A stretch of 64,000 bases of DNA from Octopus vulgaris (GCA_951406725.2 OX597834.1:12710001-12774000), one strand, 5' to 3'. Shown: positions 18,365 through 33,647, counted from the first letter of the stretch. A program made the numbers and translations. The notes: a model not told the origin generated them from the sequence alone.

Positions 18365-18639
18365 TAAATGCACATATACATATGTATATGCCTGTGTTTG
18401 GGGTCGCGTGTATGTTTTAGTGTGAAATTCCACATTTACACTACATCACATGACGGCCTGATACGAATAATGGATTCATTTATCAATAAGTCGGTACCTG
18501 TATTTGTTCATATTCGTGATCGAAGCTGTATTCACAGTTGTATATACCGATAGATATACCGTTCTTTAAAAGCATATCCGAATATGAAAATATATGTTAG
18601 ATATTATACAGATACACACACACACACACACACAAGCTC

Positions 18640-19600
18640 AAATGTATGTATGTATGTATGTATGTATGTATGTATGTATGTATGTATCTCTATATCTCTC
18701 TATATCTCTCTATATATCTCTATCTATCTCTATATCTCTCTATCTATCTATCTCTATATCTCTATATCTCTCTATCTCTATATCTCTAAATCTCTCTATC
18801 TCTATCTATCTCTCTATCTCTATCTATCTCTCTATCTCTATATCTCTATCTATCTCTCTATCTCTATATCTCTATCTATCTCTATATCTCTATCTCTATA
18901 TCTCTCTATCTATCTATCTCTATATCTCTCTATATCTATATATCTCTCTATCTATCTATCTCTATATCTCTCTATATCTATCTCTATATCTATCTATCTA
19001 TCTCTATATCTATCTCTATATCTCTATATCTATCTATCTATCTCTATATCTCTATATCTCTATATCTATCTCTATATCTCTATATCTATCTATCTCTATA
19101 TCTATCTATCTCTATATCTATCTATCTCTATATCTATCTATCTATCTATCTCTATATCTATATCTATCTATCACTATCTCTATATCTATATCTATCTATC
19201 TATCTATCTATCTATCTCTATATCTATCTATCTATCTATCTATCTCTATATCTATCTATCTCTATATCTATATCTATCTATCTATCTATATATCTATATC
19301 TATCTATCTATCTCTATATCTATATATATCTATCTATCTATATCTATCTCTATATATATCTATCTCTATATCTATCTCTATATCTATATCTATCTCTATA
19401 TCTATCTATCTATCTATCTCTATATCTATCTCTATATCTATCTATCTCTATATCTATCTCTATATCTATCTATCTCTATATCTATCTATCTCTATATCTA
19501 TCTATCTCTATATCTATCTATCTCTATATCTATCTATCTATCTATCTATCTCTATATCTATATCTATCTATCTATCTATCTCTATATCTATCTATCTCTA
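18640..19600. repeat. (TATG)n then ~900 bp compound (TATC/TATATC/TCTA)n microsatellite
   Basis: Directly visible. Confidence 0.95.
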
Positions 19601-20900
19601 GGATGCGTCCCGATGGTCAGGCGATCCATTTGCTGTCAACACCCGTTAAAAGGAGGGCTGGGCATGCCGTGGTTGATGATGCGCAGACACGCGCTGAGAC
19701 TGCGGCATCTCAGGCTCTATGTAGACGACGGTGAACAGGTGTGGTCGCCGTTTGTGAGGCACGCTTTTCGCAGCTCGTCTCCATGACCGAACTGCAGTCG
19801 TGGATCAAAAAGAGGCCGAGGAAGGGCGAATGGCACCGCGAGTGTCGCGTTGCTCTCAAGCAACTCTGCCGTCCTGGGTCGACCTTAAGTGACTTCAACA
19901 CAACCAAAGCATTCTATAGGGGTTTAGTGGAGGGGAGGTACGACGACGAGCTCGGGGCGAACCTGGACGTCGACGAGGAGTACCTGACCCGCCTGTTCAG
20001 GACGACTTTCGGGCCAGGGCCCATGGACAACTTCCAGAGATCCCTGGCCTGGCAGTGCTACCGAGAAGCGCTACCCGTTCGGGATAAGCTCTACAGACAC
20101 GGCTCGAGAAACACGGGGCCGACCTGCCCGAGATGCGGTCAGAGCGACGAAACCGTTCTGCACGCACTCGTTCAGTGTCCAACAATTTCCGACCTGTGGG
20201 CTTATGTCGAACAACTGCTGTCACGTGTGGGACGAGTCGGTTTATCAGCTGAGTCTATCGTCAATATTGTCACGCCTCCTTCCTTCAAACGGGAAGGAAG
20301 AGCTATTTTCATCATCCTTGTGGCTATGGCGAAAGAATGTATCTGGTGGACGCGTCTGAAAGGATTGAGACAAACACTTTCCTCTCTGGTCAATCTCTCA
20401 TCAACTTCTTCAAGTACCACTTGAAAAGGAAAGTGAGAGTAGAGAGGCAAGTTTTGTCTAGCGAATGTTTTAAAAAAAGATGGGTGAATGTAGCAAGAAT
20501 GGCACGTATGAATGACGAAGCCACCTTGAGCATAGTCCTATGAACCCAGAAATCGAAAACAGAGAGTTGCTTATTTGCAAAAAAAGAAATATAAAATGTG
20601 ACATCATTGACCGAGGTTACCGTGGTCTTTTCCGTAGGCTTTTCTTTGCACGGGTAAACCTCACCTGTCCTCCCCTTTACACTTCATATTGACATTTCTG
20701 TGATAACGATCCCTATTGATCAATTCCCCCCCTTTTTTTAACCCCCTTTTTTTGTCCTCTTTCTCTCCTTTTACGATCCCTTTTGATCGAAACTCCCCCT
20801 TCCTTTTTTTTTTTTTTTTCTTTCTTAAACCTTCAAAAGAAAAGCTCTACCTTGCAATTTGTTCTATCTGTGTGCAGCCCTGTGTGGCTAATAAAGAAAC
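19601..20900 (+). mobile_element. 5'-truncated Tx1/L1-clade LINE: ORF2 C-terminus (19601-20543, two frameshifts) plus 3' UTR
   Basis: KGGLGMP motif, zf-RVT-type zinc knuckle CPRCGQSDETVLHALVQC, and AKECIWWTR motif; frameshifts near 19768 and 20368; AATAAA at 20890 directly before the (TATC)n resumes. Confidence 0.88.
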
Positions 20901-21400
<500 letters not shown>

Positions 21401-21653
21401 TTATACAAATATATCATATATATATATATTTATACGGTTATGTGCATGCATAAAAACATACATACATACATACATATATATATGTATATATATATATAAA
21501 GTTATGTGCAAGTGTAATTCATTTTATACCGCATTCGTGTTGTTTTCTATGTATCTTTTTTGTTTATTCGTGTGTTTCTATTATATAAAAGGTACACAAA
21601 TTCACGTTTATATGCATGTTTCTGCTTCTGCATATGTGCTATAAACCCACTAG

Positions 21654-21710
<57 letters not shown>

Positions 21711-22388
21711 GTTGGGTACATGTATTTATATTCTTGATAAATACTTTTTCTAACATTACAAAAATACGTGTTTGTATTTCTTTCAAAATATATTCACGAT
21801 ATCTTCACGCTTTTTTTTTGTCTTCTTTTTTTTTCCTTCTTTTACTCACTGCCCCATCTAATAACATCTTATGCCAAGTTATTATTTTAAGGTTTGACTG
21901 CAAAGGAGAAAGAACAGAAATAAGCAAAATAAAAAAAAAAACAAAAAAAAAAAACAATAATAACGCCAAGAAGAAGAAAAATAAAACAAACATAAAATCA
22001 ATCGTTAACATTAATTCCAATAATCTTCCAACCCGGTTCCTCTCTCTCTCTCCTGAAGTAATGCAAAAAAAAAAAAATAGGAGAAAAGCTATTCTGATCG
22101 GTGTAAAATATCCAAATTTAAAACAGCACTATTATTAGTATAAATAGCATGCTGATGTGTTGATGCGTTTGTTTAATGTAATAACATTCATGTTTGTATG
22201 GCATAGAGTTCATTGATACAACTCCTCCTTGCTCTATTTCTCAAAAATCTAATATAAGAAATTCTCTCATATAATTTCGACCCAATATGTATATATATAT
22301 ATATATGTAGAGAGAGAGAGAGAGACGCGTACTGTTTCATATATATATATATGTATATACATAAGCGCATATGTATATATATATAATC

Positions 22389-22429
<41 letters not shown>

Positions 22430-22583
22430 CATACGCACATATGTATATATATATAATCATGTATATATATATATATATATGTATATACATACGCACATAT
22501 GTACATATATAATCATATATATATATATTTATACATGTCTGTATATTTATATATATATATGTATTCATATGCATACATAGATT

Positions 22584-22626
<43 letters not shown>

Positions 22627-22964
22627 ATTTAAAGATTCACATGCGTGTGTTTGTGCACACGTGTATGTGTGTTTGCGTGCGTCCTCGTTTGTGTATATAT
22701 ATACATGCATATATGAATTGAACGTGATATTTATCTCAGAGAATGGATGATATTTCTCGAAATGTACATATTATAAGCAGAGTAAACAAGCCGATAGACA
22801 TTTCTGAAAGTGGGTTTCTGGGACGTAAGTGGGAGGGCAAATGACTTTGTTGAATGGGAGAGTAACCAGATAACGATCACGGTCCTTATTGCTTGTGTCG
22901 TCTTTGATGTCTCTAACTTTGAACCAAATGCCTCTCTCTCTCTCAATATATATATATACATACA

Positions 22965-23198
22965 TAGAAGCAGCAAAAATATCACAAAAGCTGTTACTCA
23001 GAATTTCCCGTTCCCGTTCATCGGGCAGTTTTGTTTAGATTCATAACAAGACTGCCCGACGAACGGGAACGTGAAACTCTGAGTAACAGAATACAGTGAT
23101 GCTTTTCCTGCTTTCTTTATAAAGTATATTACTCTACTTCCGGTATTCAAGACACTAGTTGTTCCACCCTCTTTGCACATTGGTTTTCTTACTTTGCT

Positions 23199-23200
<2 letters not shown>
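22965..23200. mobile_element. Short foldback element between (TA)n tracts (arms 22991-23035 / 23045-23089) with C4 hammerhead-like motif
   Basis: 45-bp imperfect inverted repeat; right arm reads CUGC-CCGACGA-ACG(ggaa)CGU-GAA-ACUCUGAGU-A-ACAG. Confidence 0.65.
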
Positions 23201-23258
<58 letters not shown>

Positions 23259-23983
23259 TATATATATATATATATGCATGCATACACATGCATATTTATG
23301 TGGGTGCATATGTGTGTGACTGTATAAAAATGCAAGCAAGTTTTGTATTTCTTAAATATGTTTATCGACTATTTTCCTTTCTCTTATAAAATTCATAAAA
23401 AAAAAACAAATATCCATACAATTGATCTTACTACGTGCCCTATATAAAAATTAAGTGCAGCTGATCTCTTTACGGATTTCAATTCCCTCCCATGATAATA
23501 GGTTATATTGTACGAAAAAAATATGGTATGATTAAGCGAGTAAGCTGTAATTTATCCCTAAACTCATCTTACCGTTGCGGATCAATGAAGGAAGTTCTCA
23601 AAATAAAAACGAAACGTTGAGCAAAAACAAAAATGTATGTGTATATATAAATCTAGTGCAAATTTCGAAATTTTAAATTTAGATTCGGTCATAGATTTTA
23701 TAGAAATTTGAGTTTTTTGTTTCTCTTTTCACTAACGATATTAAATATTTTCATTGAACTAAAATACGTTTAAGGAATCGCTTTACAGTGCACGTCACAC
23801 GTAGTTGTTAGCCCACTTTTGCAAGTTTAAATGAGTCGAGAGTTCACCTGTTCACATAACATCGGCAACATATTATGTCATTTTATAACACCTGTACAAA
23901 ATTCGTCCTGTAGATTTATGATATGAATATTGTAGGCATGCTTACTAAACCTCAGATGACGTCACTGTAGGAATAGTTTATAA

Positions 23984-24308
23984 GGAGCAGGAGTGGCTGT
24001 GTGGTAAGTAGCTTGCTTCCCAACCACATCGTCCCGGGTTCAGTCCCACTGCGTGGCATCTTGTGCAAGTGTCTTCTGCTATAGCCTCGGGCCGACCAAA
24101 GCCTTGAGTGGATTTGCTTGCCAATCAATGCTGGTGTGTTTACGTCCCCGTAACTTAGCGGTTCGGCAAAAAGAGACCGATAGAATAAGTACTGGGCTTA
24201 CAAAGAATAAGTCCCGGGGTCAAGTTGCTCGATTAAAGGCGGTGCTCCAGCATGGCCGCAGTCAAATGACTGAAACAAGAAAAAGAGTAAAAGAGTAAAA
24301 GAGAGTAA
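23984..24308 (+). mobile_element. SINE family A, internally deleted copy
   Basis: Head, CORE-like atcttgtgcaagtgtctt and (GTAAAAGA)n tail; lacks the central microsatellite. Confidence 0.9.
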
Positions 24309-25169
24309 GTGGAAATTTTTCCATGGGACCACATAAATCATTTTGACTTGGTCAAACTACGTAATGTGTATTTTTTTTCATTAGGCCCATGTCGTTATAA
24401 CTGAAGTTTAAGTCACGTAATATATTTGATTTGTCAGAAATGTTAGTGTATCGGGTGGAATATATTTTGCCCAGGGTACATGCTGCATGTTTTCTTTTAC
24501 CCTCAAGTTATTTGATTATTCCTAGGTTGATGAGAATGTTGCCCCACTCTACCGAGATCGATTTCTCTTCACATTTCTACCCATTCTTTGTTTTACCCTC
24601 TCTAGCTGTAAATTCAATTCTACTACGACAGTTCACAGTTTCCTCGCTCTGATTCGAAAGGAAAATATTGTGTAGAACTCTCAGTCACAAATAACTTTCA
24701 GCATTTGGAATTTACAAGTAATTCCGATACAAAATATGCCTGCATCCACTATTTACTTTTTGGAAATTATATTCCAAGACTTGCCATTTTGAGTTCGATA
24801 TATAATTTTGCAATTGACGTACATTTTGTGTTGTTCCATCCGAGTCAACCAAATTAGACAAACTTAATAGGCATTCAAGATACGGGTGGGATCCATCATT
24901 GATTTCATTTAGATTTAATATTTACCCAGATGAGATCAAAGTGATACATCACTAAAGTGTCGATCTGCCTGCTAGATATAACTTCCAATTCTCCTTCAAG
25001 TGACTCCTTACAGTTATAAATCAAGCAGGCATCAACCGCAATATTTCGTAAGACACCACGAAACTTGAATCATACTAAGTTTTGTCCACACATTTTATAT
25101 GCAGCATAACCCTTACTTTTCTTGATGTACAAATACAAGTATATGGTTTCAAGGCATAATACATTCAAC

Positions 25170-25405
25170 AAGGCAGAAACGTTGGCAGAAACGTTAGCGC
25201 GTCGGGGGAAATGCTTAGCGGTATTTCGTCTGTCGCTACGTTCTGAGTTCAAATTCCACCGAGGTCGACTTTGCCTTTCATCCTTTCGGGGTCGATTAAA
25301 TAAGTACCAGTTACGCACTGGGGTCGATATAATCGACTTAATCCGTTTGTCTGTCCTTGTTTGTCCCCTCTGTGTTTATGCCCTTGTGGGTAGTAAAAGA
25401 AATAG
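25170..25405 (+). mobile_element. tRNA-derived SINE family B
   Basis: tggcagaaacgttagc A-box-like and gagttcaaattcc B-box-like motifs; central gtcgactttgcctttcatcctttcggggtcgat..aagtaccag block that resembles the Meta-SINE domain (from memory). Confidence 0.88.
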
Positions 25406-25658
25406 TCATAATGTGTGCTTCTCAATTCTATGTCTGATGCTTCATTTAATGGGAAAAACAAAAAATAATTTATTTTTCTACTTTTTTTTTTACTATAGGC
25501 ACAATGGCTTGACGTTACGGTGGAGGGGTACCGTACAGTTTATCGACTCTTTTGCTCAAGTATTTCATATGAGATCGATCCTGAAACGACGAAATGCGCA
25601 AACAAACTCAAGAGAATTTGAGATCAGAAAGCTAAGCAGGAAATAGTGCCGCTAAGTA

Positions 25659-25893
25659 TTGGGCTGGTGCATAATTATCGTGGCATTTTACAACAAATTT
25701 TAATCAACATAAACCATAAAATTAAATAAAAATAACTTTAAATGACGGTCTGACCCTCTGCAAAGCAAATGGGAAGCAGATGGTGAATGTGTTCCGGAAT
25801 AATCACTTAATGATGTTTTTGTTACATGGTATTATTGTTTGTGTTGAATAAAATATGTTGGAAAAAAGCCCTAATAATTATACACCAACGCAA
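25659..25893. mobile_element. Mariner-type MITE
   Basis: TA-flanked imperfect TIRs ttgggctggtgcataattat / ataattatacaccaacgcaa. Confidence 0.7.
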
Positions 25894-26088
25894 TATTTTT
25901 TCCAGCGTGTTAACCTTCCTGCCCGCTCGGTGCCTTGTAAAGTGACAAATAAACATTTTGAAATCTTACAACGGGTAAGTTATAGAAACTGCCACACACT
26001 AAAATATTACAGAAAGGCAACTGAACAAACCGAAAAAAATGGGAAATAAAATGTTCATGACGAAGGAAAATTGTGACAAAAATTACGA

Positions 26089-26480
26089 GGCGCAGGAGTG
26101 GCTGTGGTATGTAGCTTGCTAACCAACTACATGGTTGCGGGTTCAGTCCCACTGCGTGGTATCTTGGGCAAGTGTCTTCTGCTATAGCCCCGGGCCGACC
26201 AATGCCTTGTGAGTGGATTTGGTAGACAGAAACTGAAAGAAGCCCGTGGTATATATGTGTTTGTGTGTTTGTGTGTCTGTGTTTGTCCCCCTAACATTGC
26301 TTGACAACCGATGCTGGTGTGTTTACGTCGCCGTCACTTAGCGGTTCGGCAAAAGAGACCGATAGAATAAGTACTGGGCTTACAAAGAATAAGTCCCGGG
26401 GTTGATTTGCTCGACTAAAGGCGGTGCTCCAGTATGGCCGCAGTCAAATGACTGAAAAGAGTAAAAGAGTAAAGAGAGAG
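26089..26480 (+). mobile_element. SINE family A, full length
   Basis: tRNA-like head, CORE-like atcttgggcaagtgtctt, internal (TG) tract, LINE-like tail. Confidence 0.92.
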
Positions 26481-27108
26481 TATACCCATATATTATCTCT
26501 AATGGTAGAACAAAGAAAGGGAACAAATATTGACTTCATATTTTGGTTCGTGGACAGCGATTTCGGAGATGGGATTATGTCGATTCCATCGAGCTTAGAG
26601 CATTCCGAAAGAATGAAAGGTAAAGTAGATCTGGATGGAATTTGAACTTAGGACACAAAGACGGAAAATATACGGTTAATCATTTTGCCCGGAGTGTTAA
26701 GAAACCAGATGCATTTCCAGAAGAAATTTTTTACGAGAAATTACAATATTTCAAAACTAGTAATACAAAAAATATTAATCGAAATTGTGCAGCATTATGA
26801 CTCAGATATACGAAAGTCATAGTTAATTTCTTCCACCATTCAAACGATGGATAACATGTAATAGCGAAACGATGCTATGGTTTCGTTCTGTATTCTTCAC
26901 TTGGCATGTATCAATTACGTGTTAAATAAACAGCTTCTGCTGGACTTCATTATCGTCTTCAGCGTGACGCATAAGTAAACATTTCTATTCAGTGCATATT
27001 CTTATCAATAGGTCGCGGAGAAAAGCTTGCTCGGAGAAGGCTTCAGGCTCATATCCAGTATTCATAGTCATATATACACTTACACATATATGTACGTATA
27101 TACATACA

Positions 27109-27145
<37 letters not shown>

Positions 27146-27281
27146 TACATACATACACATATATGCATATATACATACATACAGCATATATAGATGAACA
27201 TATATATATATATATACGCATACAACATATATAGATGAATATATATATATATATATACGCATACAACATATATAGATGAAC

Positions 27282-27315
<34 letters not shown>

Positions 27316-27401
27316 ATACAGCATATATGGAGGAACATATATATATATAATATATATATATATACATACATTCAGCATATATAGATGAACATATATATTA
27401 T

Positions 27402-27436
<35 letters not shown>

Positions 27437-27967
27437 TCTATAATATATATGTATCTATTATGTGTGTATATATATATATAAATATATATATATGTGTATG
27501 TGTGTGTGTGTGTGTGTGTTTGTGCATGTACTCTTCCTTCTAGCGATGCCAAGTAACTAGATGTGCAATGTAGCGGAATATTTTAACAACTGTTGTTTTC
27601 GAAAATAATAAAGAGTGTTATGCGTTACTGCTGTAAGTTCACGCAGCTTTGCTGAAGCAGACGCCCTCTTCTGAATTCACAAATCTATCCAATTATTGTT
27701 TGAGTAAATTGATGTATACATGATGCTGGGAAAATGCTATATTCCCCTGCTCTAGATACAATGAGTAGACACATTCTGGGAAAGACGCCATGTTGTAAAA
27801 AAAAAGTATTATATGTGAGATGTTGCTATTTTGTAATTGTTTCCACATTGAAGCATTAAACAACGACCATAATTTTATGACAGAATGTGATGTGGTATTT
27901 CAGATGCCTGCCTCTTTGATATTTGGTCAAAAGGGAATGTCTTTATATCATGATATTCACATGTACA

Positions 27968-28117
27968 GGCGCAGGCCTGGCTGTGGGGTACGTAGTATGT
28001 TTTGCCACTATATGCTTCCATTTTCAATCATACTTGTAACGCCTTTCGCTACCAGCCTTGTAATAGAGCTTTCGGCCTTAGGAGCGGATTTGGTAGATGG
28101 AAACTGAAAGAAATCGG

Positions 28118-28159
<42 letters not shown>

Positions 28160-28295
28160 TTTCACGTCCGCATAAATTAGCGGTTTGGCAAAAGAAACCG
28201 AGAGAATAAGCCCTGGGATCGATTTGTTCGACTAAAGGCGGTGCTCTTGCATTGCCGCTGTCAAATGACTTAAACAAGTAAACGAATAAAAGAAA
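27968..28295 (+). mobile_element. SINE family A, degraded
   Basis: ggatttggtagatggaaactgaaagaa and cgactaaaggcggtgctc blocks. Confidence 0.75.
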
Positions 28296-28353
28296 ACACA
28301 CACACTTACCCCCGATATATATATGTGTGTATATATGTCTCTCTCTCTCTCTC

Positions 28354-28414
<61 letters not shown>

Positions 28415-28913
28415 TACTTGTGAAGGGAAGTCATCCTTCCCGTCTTCAACTTATGATACACACGGACTCGAGTTTCAAGGTATTTACCTATCATCGGCGT
28501 GTGACAATCATAGTTGTCGACGAGAATTCAGTTTCCCTCACAAATACATATACTTTTTCCAGTGTCGATTAACACTGATATTGAAAAGTGAAATCAAACA
28601 ATGATAAATCTCAGAGCGAGTTATAAACAGTAGCGGTAACACATCGTGAAGCATATTTGCCATTTGAATATGGCTAACCCCTAAGGGTGGATGCAATCCA
28701 TTACGTCCGTTCCTAACCACTCTTTCAATCGAGAAATGAAAGCATTGTCAGATGAATGCAGATGCATTCTCTTCAGATGAACTTCAAAATAAAGGACATT
28801 CCAAATGATTTAAAAGAGTTTAAGACAAATGGAGCAAAAACATTTACAGTCATTCTGTTACTATTTCAGTTGACAGAATCTCTTTCTCTCTGTGGATATC
28901 CCCTCACCACTAT

Positions 28914-29030
<117 letters not shown>

Positions 29031-29610
29031 AGTGTATATGTGTGTATTTTTGTCTGTGTTTGTGCAGCCTACTGCTTTACAAATAGTATTGCTGCGTTTA
29101 CATTGCTGTGAATTAGTGGTTGGGCAAAAGTGAGAAAATATAAGTACGGTTGTCGATTCTTTTCAGAAAAATTACTCAAGGTGGTGACCCAGAATGACCT
29201 CAGTCTATTGAAAGAAACATTTAAAATATAAAAGACAAAATTACGTAATACATTCACACATACACACGCATATCTATATTACTGTGTGTGTATTTTGTAC
29301 GTCGTAGTTTTGTCTAAGTATTTTCATATTTTCACATAAATAACATCTATATTGTTTTATCTCAAATTTGTGCGAAACGTCCAAAACATTGTGAAACAAT
29401 GCATTGAAAGATCCATAGCTTCTGTAATACAGGTTGTGGCAGAAATTAAATATAAGATTAGAATAATGCCTTTTGCCCAGTTCATGGTTTTTAAAAGATC
29501 CGTAAAGTTAGATTTATGAACAAACCTGGGAACAACTGCAATAAGGTTAATAGGAAATTTCAAGGAATTTAGGGGAATATATATATATATATATATATGT
29601 ATATACACAT

Positions 29611-29641
<31 letters not shown>

Positions 29642-30249
29642 GGTATATACACATACACACACACACACATATATAGGTATATACACATATATACATACAT
29701 AGATATATGTATATATCTATGTATGTATATATATGTCTATACCTATGTATGTGCATATGTATATATATATATATATCGATATATATATGTGTATATATAT
29801 ATATATATATATTTATTTATGTATATATATACATATATACATGTATATTCAAAAGTGTCTTCAGTGTGGGGGATGAGTAAACGATAAACCAGAAAGATAA
29901 GGCAGCATTAAAAGTAATGTGCGAAGTATCTGACACACGACTGCAAGTTATATTTAAGCTATATGACGAAACGAAATTAGTCAATTTGAATCAACGGAAA
30001 TATTTCTATAAACTATGTAGAAATGGAGAATAATCCGGAAATTACTATGCAAATGCAGCGAAGCGCTTTGTTATCAATTTCGAGAAGAACTACGTAGAAT
30101 CAGTATGATAAGTAACCTATTAGCTAACCCAGTATAGAGGAAGAGAAAATACCCTGCAAAATATGTGACCCTTTCACCAATATTTTATACATACAGAAAT
30201 GCATATATACTCATATAAACATATATATACTCATATAAACATATATATA

Positions 30250-30621
30250 TATATATATATAAACGGCAGTTTGTCTGTGCGTGTTTCTGTGTGTCTGTTT
30301 GCTTGTACCCTCACCCTGACCACGGCTTTCAACCGATTCTGATAAAACTTGACACACACATAGCCCAATGTCATAATTCAAAACTAACGCAGCGAAAATT
30401 TTGAAAAGTTCCCCCAGTTCTGAAAAAAATCGATAAATTCGACGTGGGGTCCAGAATCAGAAACACAAACTGTCTAGGGGACGCAACTCCACCTTTTTTA
30501 ACTAAAAAAAATTTACCATCATTTTTTTCCATTTTTTTGCTATTTTTTGGCTATAACTCTCTAAAAATGCTTTATAGTTATTTCCCTTACAAACCTGAGC
30601 AACGCCGGGCGATACTGCTAG
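30250..30621 (+). mobile_element. Non-autonomous Helitron-like element
   Basis: 5' tatataaacggcagtttgtctgt, 3' GC-rich hairpin cctgagcaacgccggg shortly before terminal CTAG; 3' part shared with 41744-42136. Confidence 0.75.
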
Positions 30622-30653
<32 letters not shown>

Positions 30654-30656
30654 TAT

Positions 30657-30846
30657 AGGAAGAGTTTACGAAAAAATACAAAAGACGAAGACAGGTGCTG
30701 TACAAAACTAACAGATGCATTAGTATAACGCTCAGGAATAGAAAAAGTATTTTACTCTTCGAGCCTACGCTCTTCGACAGAAAGATACACAGAAGAAAAC
30801 AAGGAGTGAAAAAAATATGTGTAGTGGCTAACGATCTATCATGGCG
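30657..30846 (-). mobile_element. (TA)n-associated short repeat family D carrying a U6 hammerhead-like motif (30747-30788)
   Basis: Matches 42350-42540 and 60644-60812 in opposite orientation; minus strand CUGUCGA-A-GAGC(guag)GCUC-GAA. Confidence 0.7.
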
Positions 30847-30939
30847 ACTGTGTATATGTATCAGTAGCGAGGTGTGACTAGGAAATTAGGGCATGCAGTA
30901 ATCCCACCCTCCATGAAAAGTGTAGTATTATATAGATGC

Positions 30940-32000
30940 TTTGAGATATGGTGCGTCTGAAAATGAAAATAGTTTTCCCCTATGATGCACCGTTATGAAA
31001 TAGTTAGTAAGATACGAGAAACGTGCATATACTTTTAGAAATCACCTTCCAAAGATTTCGTCTAGTAGAGGCTATTCAAGCCGTCGACTTTAAGAAAAAA
31101 AAGTCGAAATTCTTTTGAAAGTTTGCAAGAAAATTCGACATTCACGAAGTCTTGAAGCTGATGCAGTGTACCAAATAAAGTGAATGCGTAGAACAATGTA
31201 CAACTTTTGCTTGTGACGCAACGTTTCTGTCTTTACTGATATCAACTGATCCCATAAACTTTTCTTTGAGCCGTTCCTTCTTTTCAACATATCGCAAAAC
31301 ATGTGACAGTCAACGTTTCATTCGAATGTCTGTAGCCTCACCAAGCATAACAGGAACAAATGTTTTTTTTTCGATTATTGGTTTAATTATACCGTCAATT
31401 CTAACTGCTAATAATGATGTTGACTTGTTCTCTTTTCGGATTATGGCTGCTGTTGGTTAGTGAGTGGGATTGACTCAGTGCACAGCCTTTCCTGACTTTA
31501 CAAAAATCTTCTTGCACAGGCATTGCACGATAATAACATTGATTAAGCTTCGTGCAATGGTCATACTCGATAACGAGGCGGCAACCACCATATATAAATA
31601 TACATATATTATATACGGTAACACATATCCGCATATAATCATTAGACGTATAAGGGAATACATTACTGCGGCCAATTAGCTCTTTAAACCCTTCGAGGTT
31701 GCTCTCGAGGATAACGGATGGTCAAAACTTAAAATTGTAAAATACATTACATATTCTCACAGACGTAAATGCGTGTATGTGCTTGTGGTTATGTGTACGT
31801 TTGTCAGTTTGTTTCCTTGGACACGTTCAAAATCGCAGAATTTTTTAATTGATAGAGTTGTTACCGTTAAATAAACAAGAGCTTCATCATTAATATCATG
31901 CGAATTTTCATTTCTGACCAAGTGCTATCACCTTAAGTTAAACCGTGTTGTAAAATGACTGTCGTACAATCGTATAACGTTGTGTAGTAATACTAATTTG
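30940..32000 (-). pseudogene. Decayed hAT (ZMYM1-like) transposase remnant; outer boundaries approximate
   Basis: Minus strand 31363-31170 translates TFVPVMLGEATDIRMKR*LSHVLRYVEKKERLKEKFMGSVDISKDRN...VHCSTHSLYLV (hAT DETTD..QLS.VLRYV and CxxH motifs), then ECRIFLQTF. Confidence 0.65.
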
Positions 32001-32719
32001 TTACCAGATGAATATCACTGAAGTAATACGTCATACTTAGAAATAAAGCTGTTCAAAGCAAGAGGATGCAGCTTATTAATAATCAGAAAAGTTATATTAT
32101 GAACAATTACCGTAAAACAAACCGCAACACCAGTTTCTACAATCTCAACGACAAGATTAACGATACAAATATTACAAAAGCTTTCAGCTCCAATGATATT
32201 GAAATATGTCAAACTGAAACAGGTGGTGGGTTTTTCCAACGTTTTGGACATCAACCCAGTTTGCTTATATTAAAAATAAAAGATGTTCCATATATGAAAT
32301 CCAGGAATCTAGCCCGTGATATACTATGTAAATTGTGGCACGATCATTGGTCTCTTAATTTACTTAAATTTAGGAGGTCGGGCTACGATTCACAGCAGCC
32401 TTATTAGTTGTTTTCACAGACGAATTGCGCAAAATAAATTTCACTCAAGATTTATTTTCTGATTCTGACTAGAAATTTGGAGATAACTCAGCTAAAACTG
32501 AGGTGGGTTATGTACAAAGGGCACCAGTTGGAACAGTATAAATTCTTTTCCACCAAATATTCCATAAATTTAGAGTCGTGAAAATCATGCTTTGAACACA
32601 CTGTAAATCTCGAATCTCAACTTTCGGGAGGAAGTTGCGTTACTCAACAATAGAAATTCCTTTCATTTTTTAGTTTCTGTATATTGGACGTCATACAGGA
32701 CAACTAGAAGAACAAAGTC

Positions 32720-32767
<48 letters not shown>

Positions 32768-33467
32768 TTTATTTATATATATGTATGTATATGTGTGTAT
32801 GTATGTATGTATGTATGTATAAATGTATATGCGAAGCAACATCTGTGAACAAACATACGTAAGTTTCGTAGTAAAATGCATAGAAGCACACAATGCTAAG
32901 TATATATGCACAAATATTTAAAATATAAACAGAACGATCAATATGAAACTAAAAATAACAGAATTGATCAGAAATGGAAAATAATACAAGCAAAAGTCAA
33001 AACTATAAAATATATTGACAAATACACAAAAACATTAGAATAAACCTAAACAGAAATAGTGGCTGTGTTTGCAAAATTTTTATAAGATTTTTGACGTTAG
33101 TGTAAATCTCGTTTGAAGAGCGGATTATTGTAAAAATTAGGACGGTGTTCGTTATGATCTTGATTGGCAAGTTAAGTTAGTTTCCGAACGTGAGTTATTT
33201 TTACATGCTAGAGCACATACATATGAATACAGAAGTAATCTTACAACTGGTTGCGTACATGGAAGCACAGACATATGCAAATACAGGCAGAGATTTACAC
33301 GTATGCCGCCATATAAACGCTTAGGAAAATGTAGAGACGTCACTGCATGCGTACATACGCAATAAAACCCGTACTACCTATCTCTGTCTCACGCATTCTT
33401 CTTTCCTTGGGTGTATATATACACGCACACAGATACACACGGAAAGACACATATATACATACAAAAT

Positions 33468-33505
<38 letters not shown>

Positions 33506-33596
33506 CATAATCTAAGTTATCTGATGTATAAAAAATGTTATATACAAATAAATATCTGTAAATATAAACCATCCGATTTTCTGAGTACCTCATTTC

Positions 33597-33647
<51 letters not shown>

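Noticed and set aside
32066-32407. 113-aa ORF on the plus strand
   Set aside because: No clear domain; at most an inverted piece of the adjacent hAT relic, so it is not called as a gene
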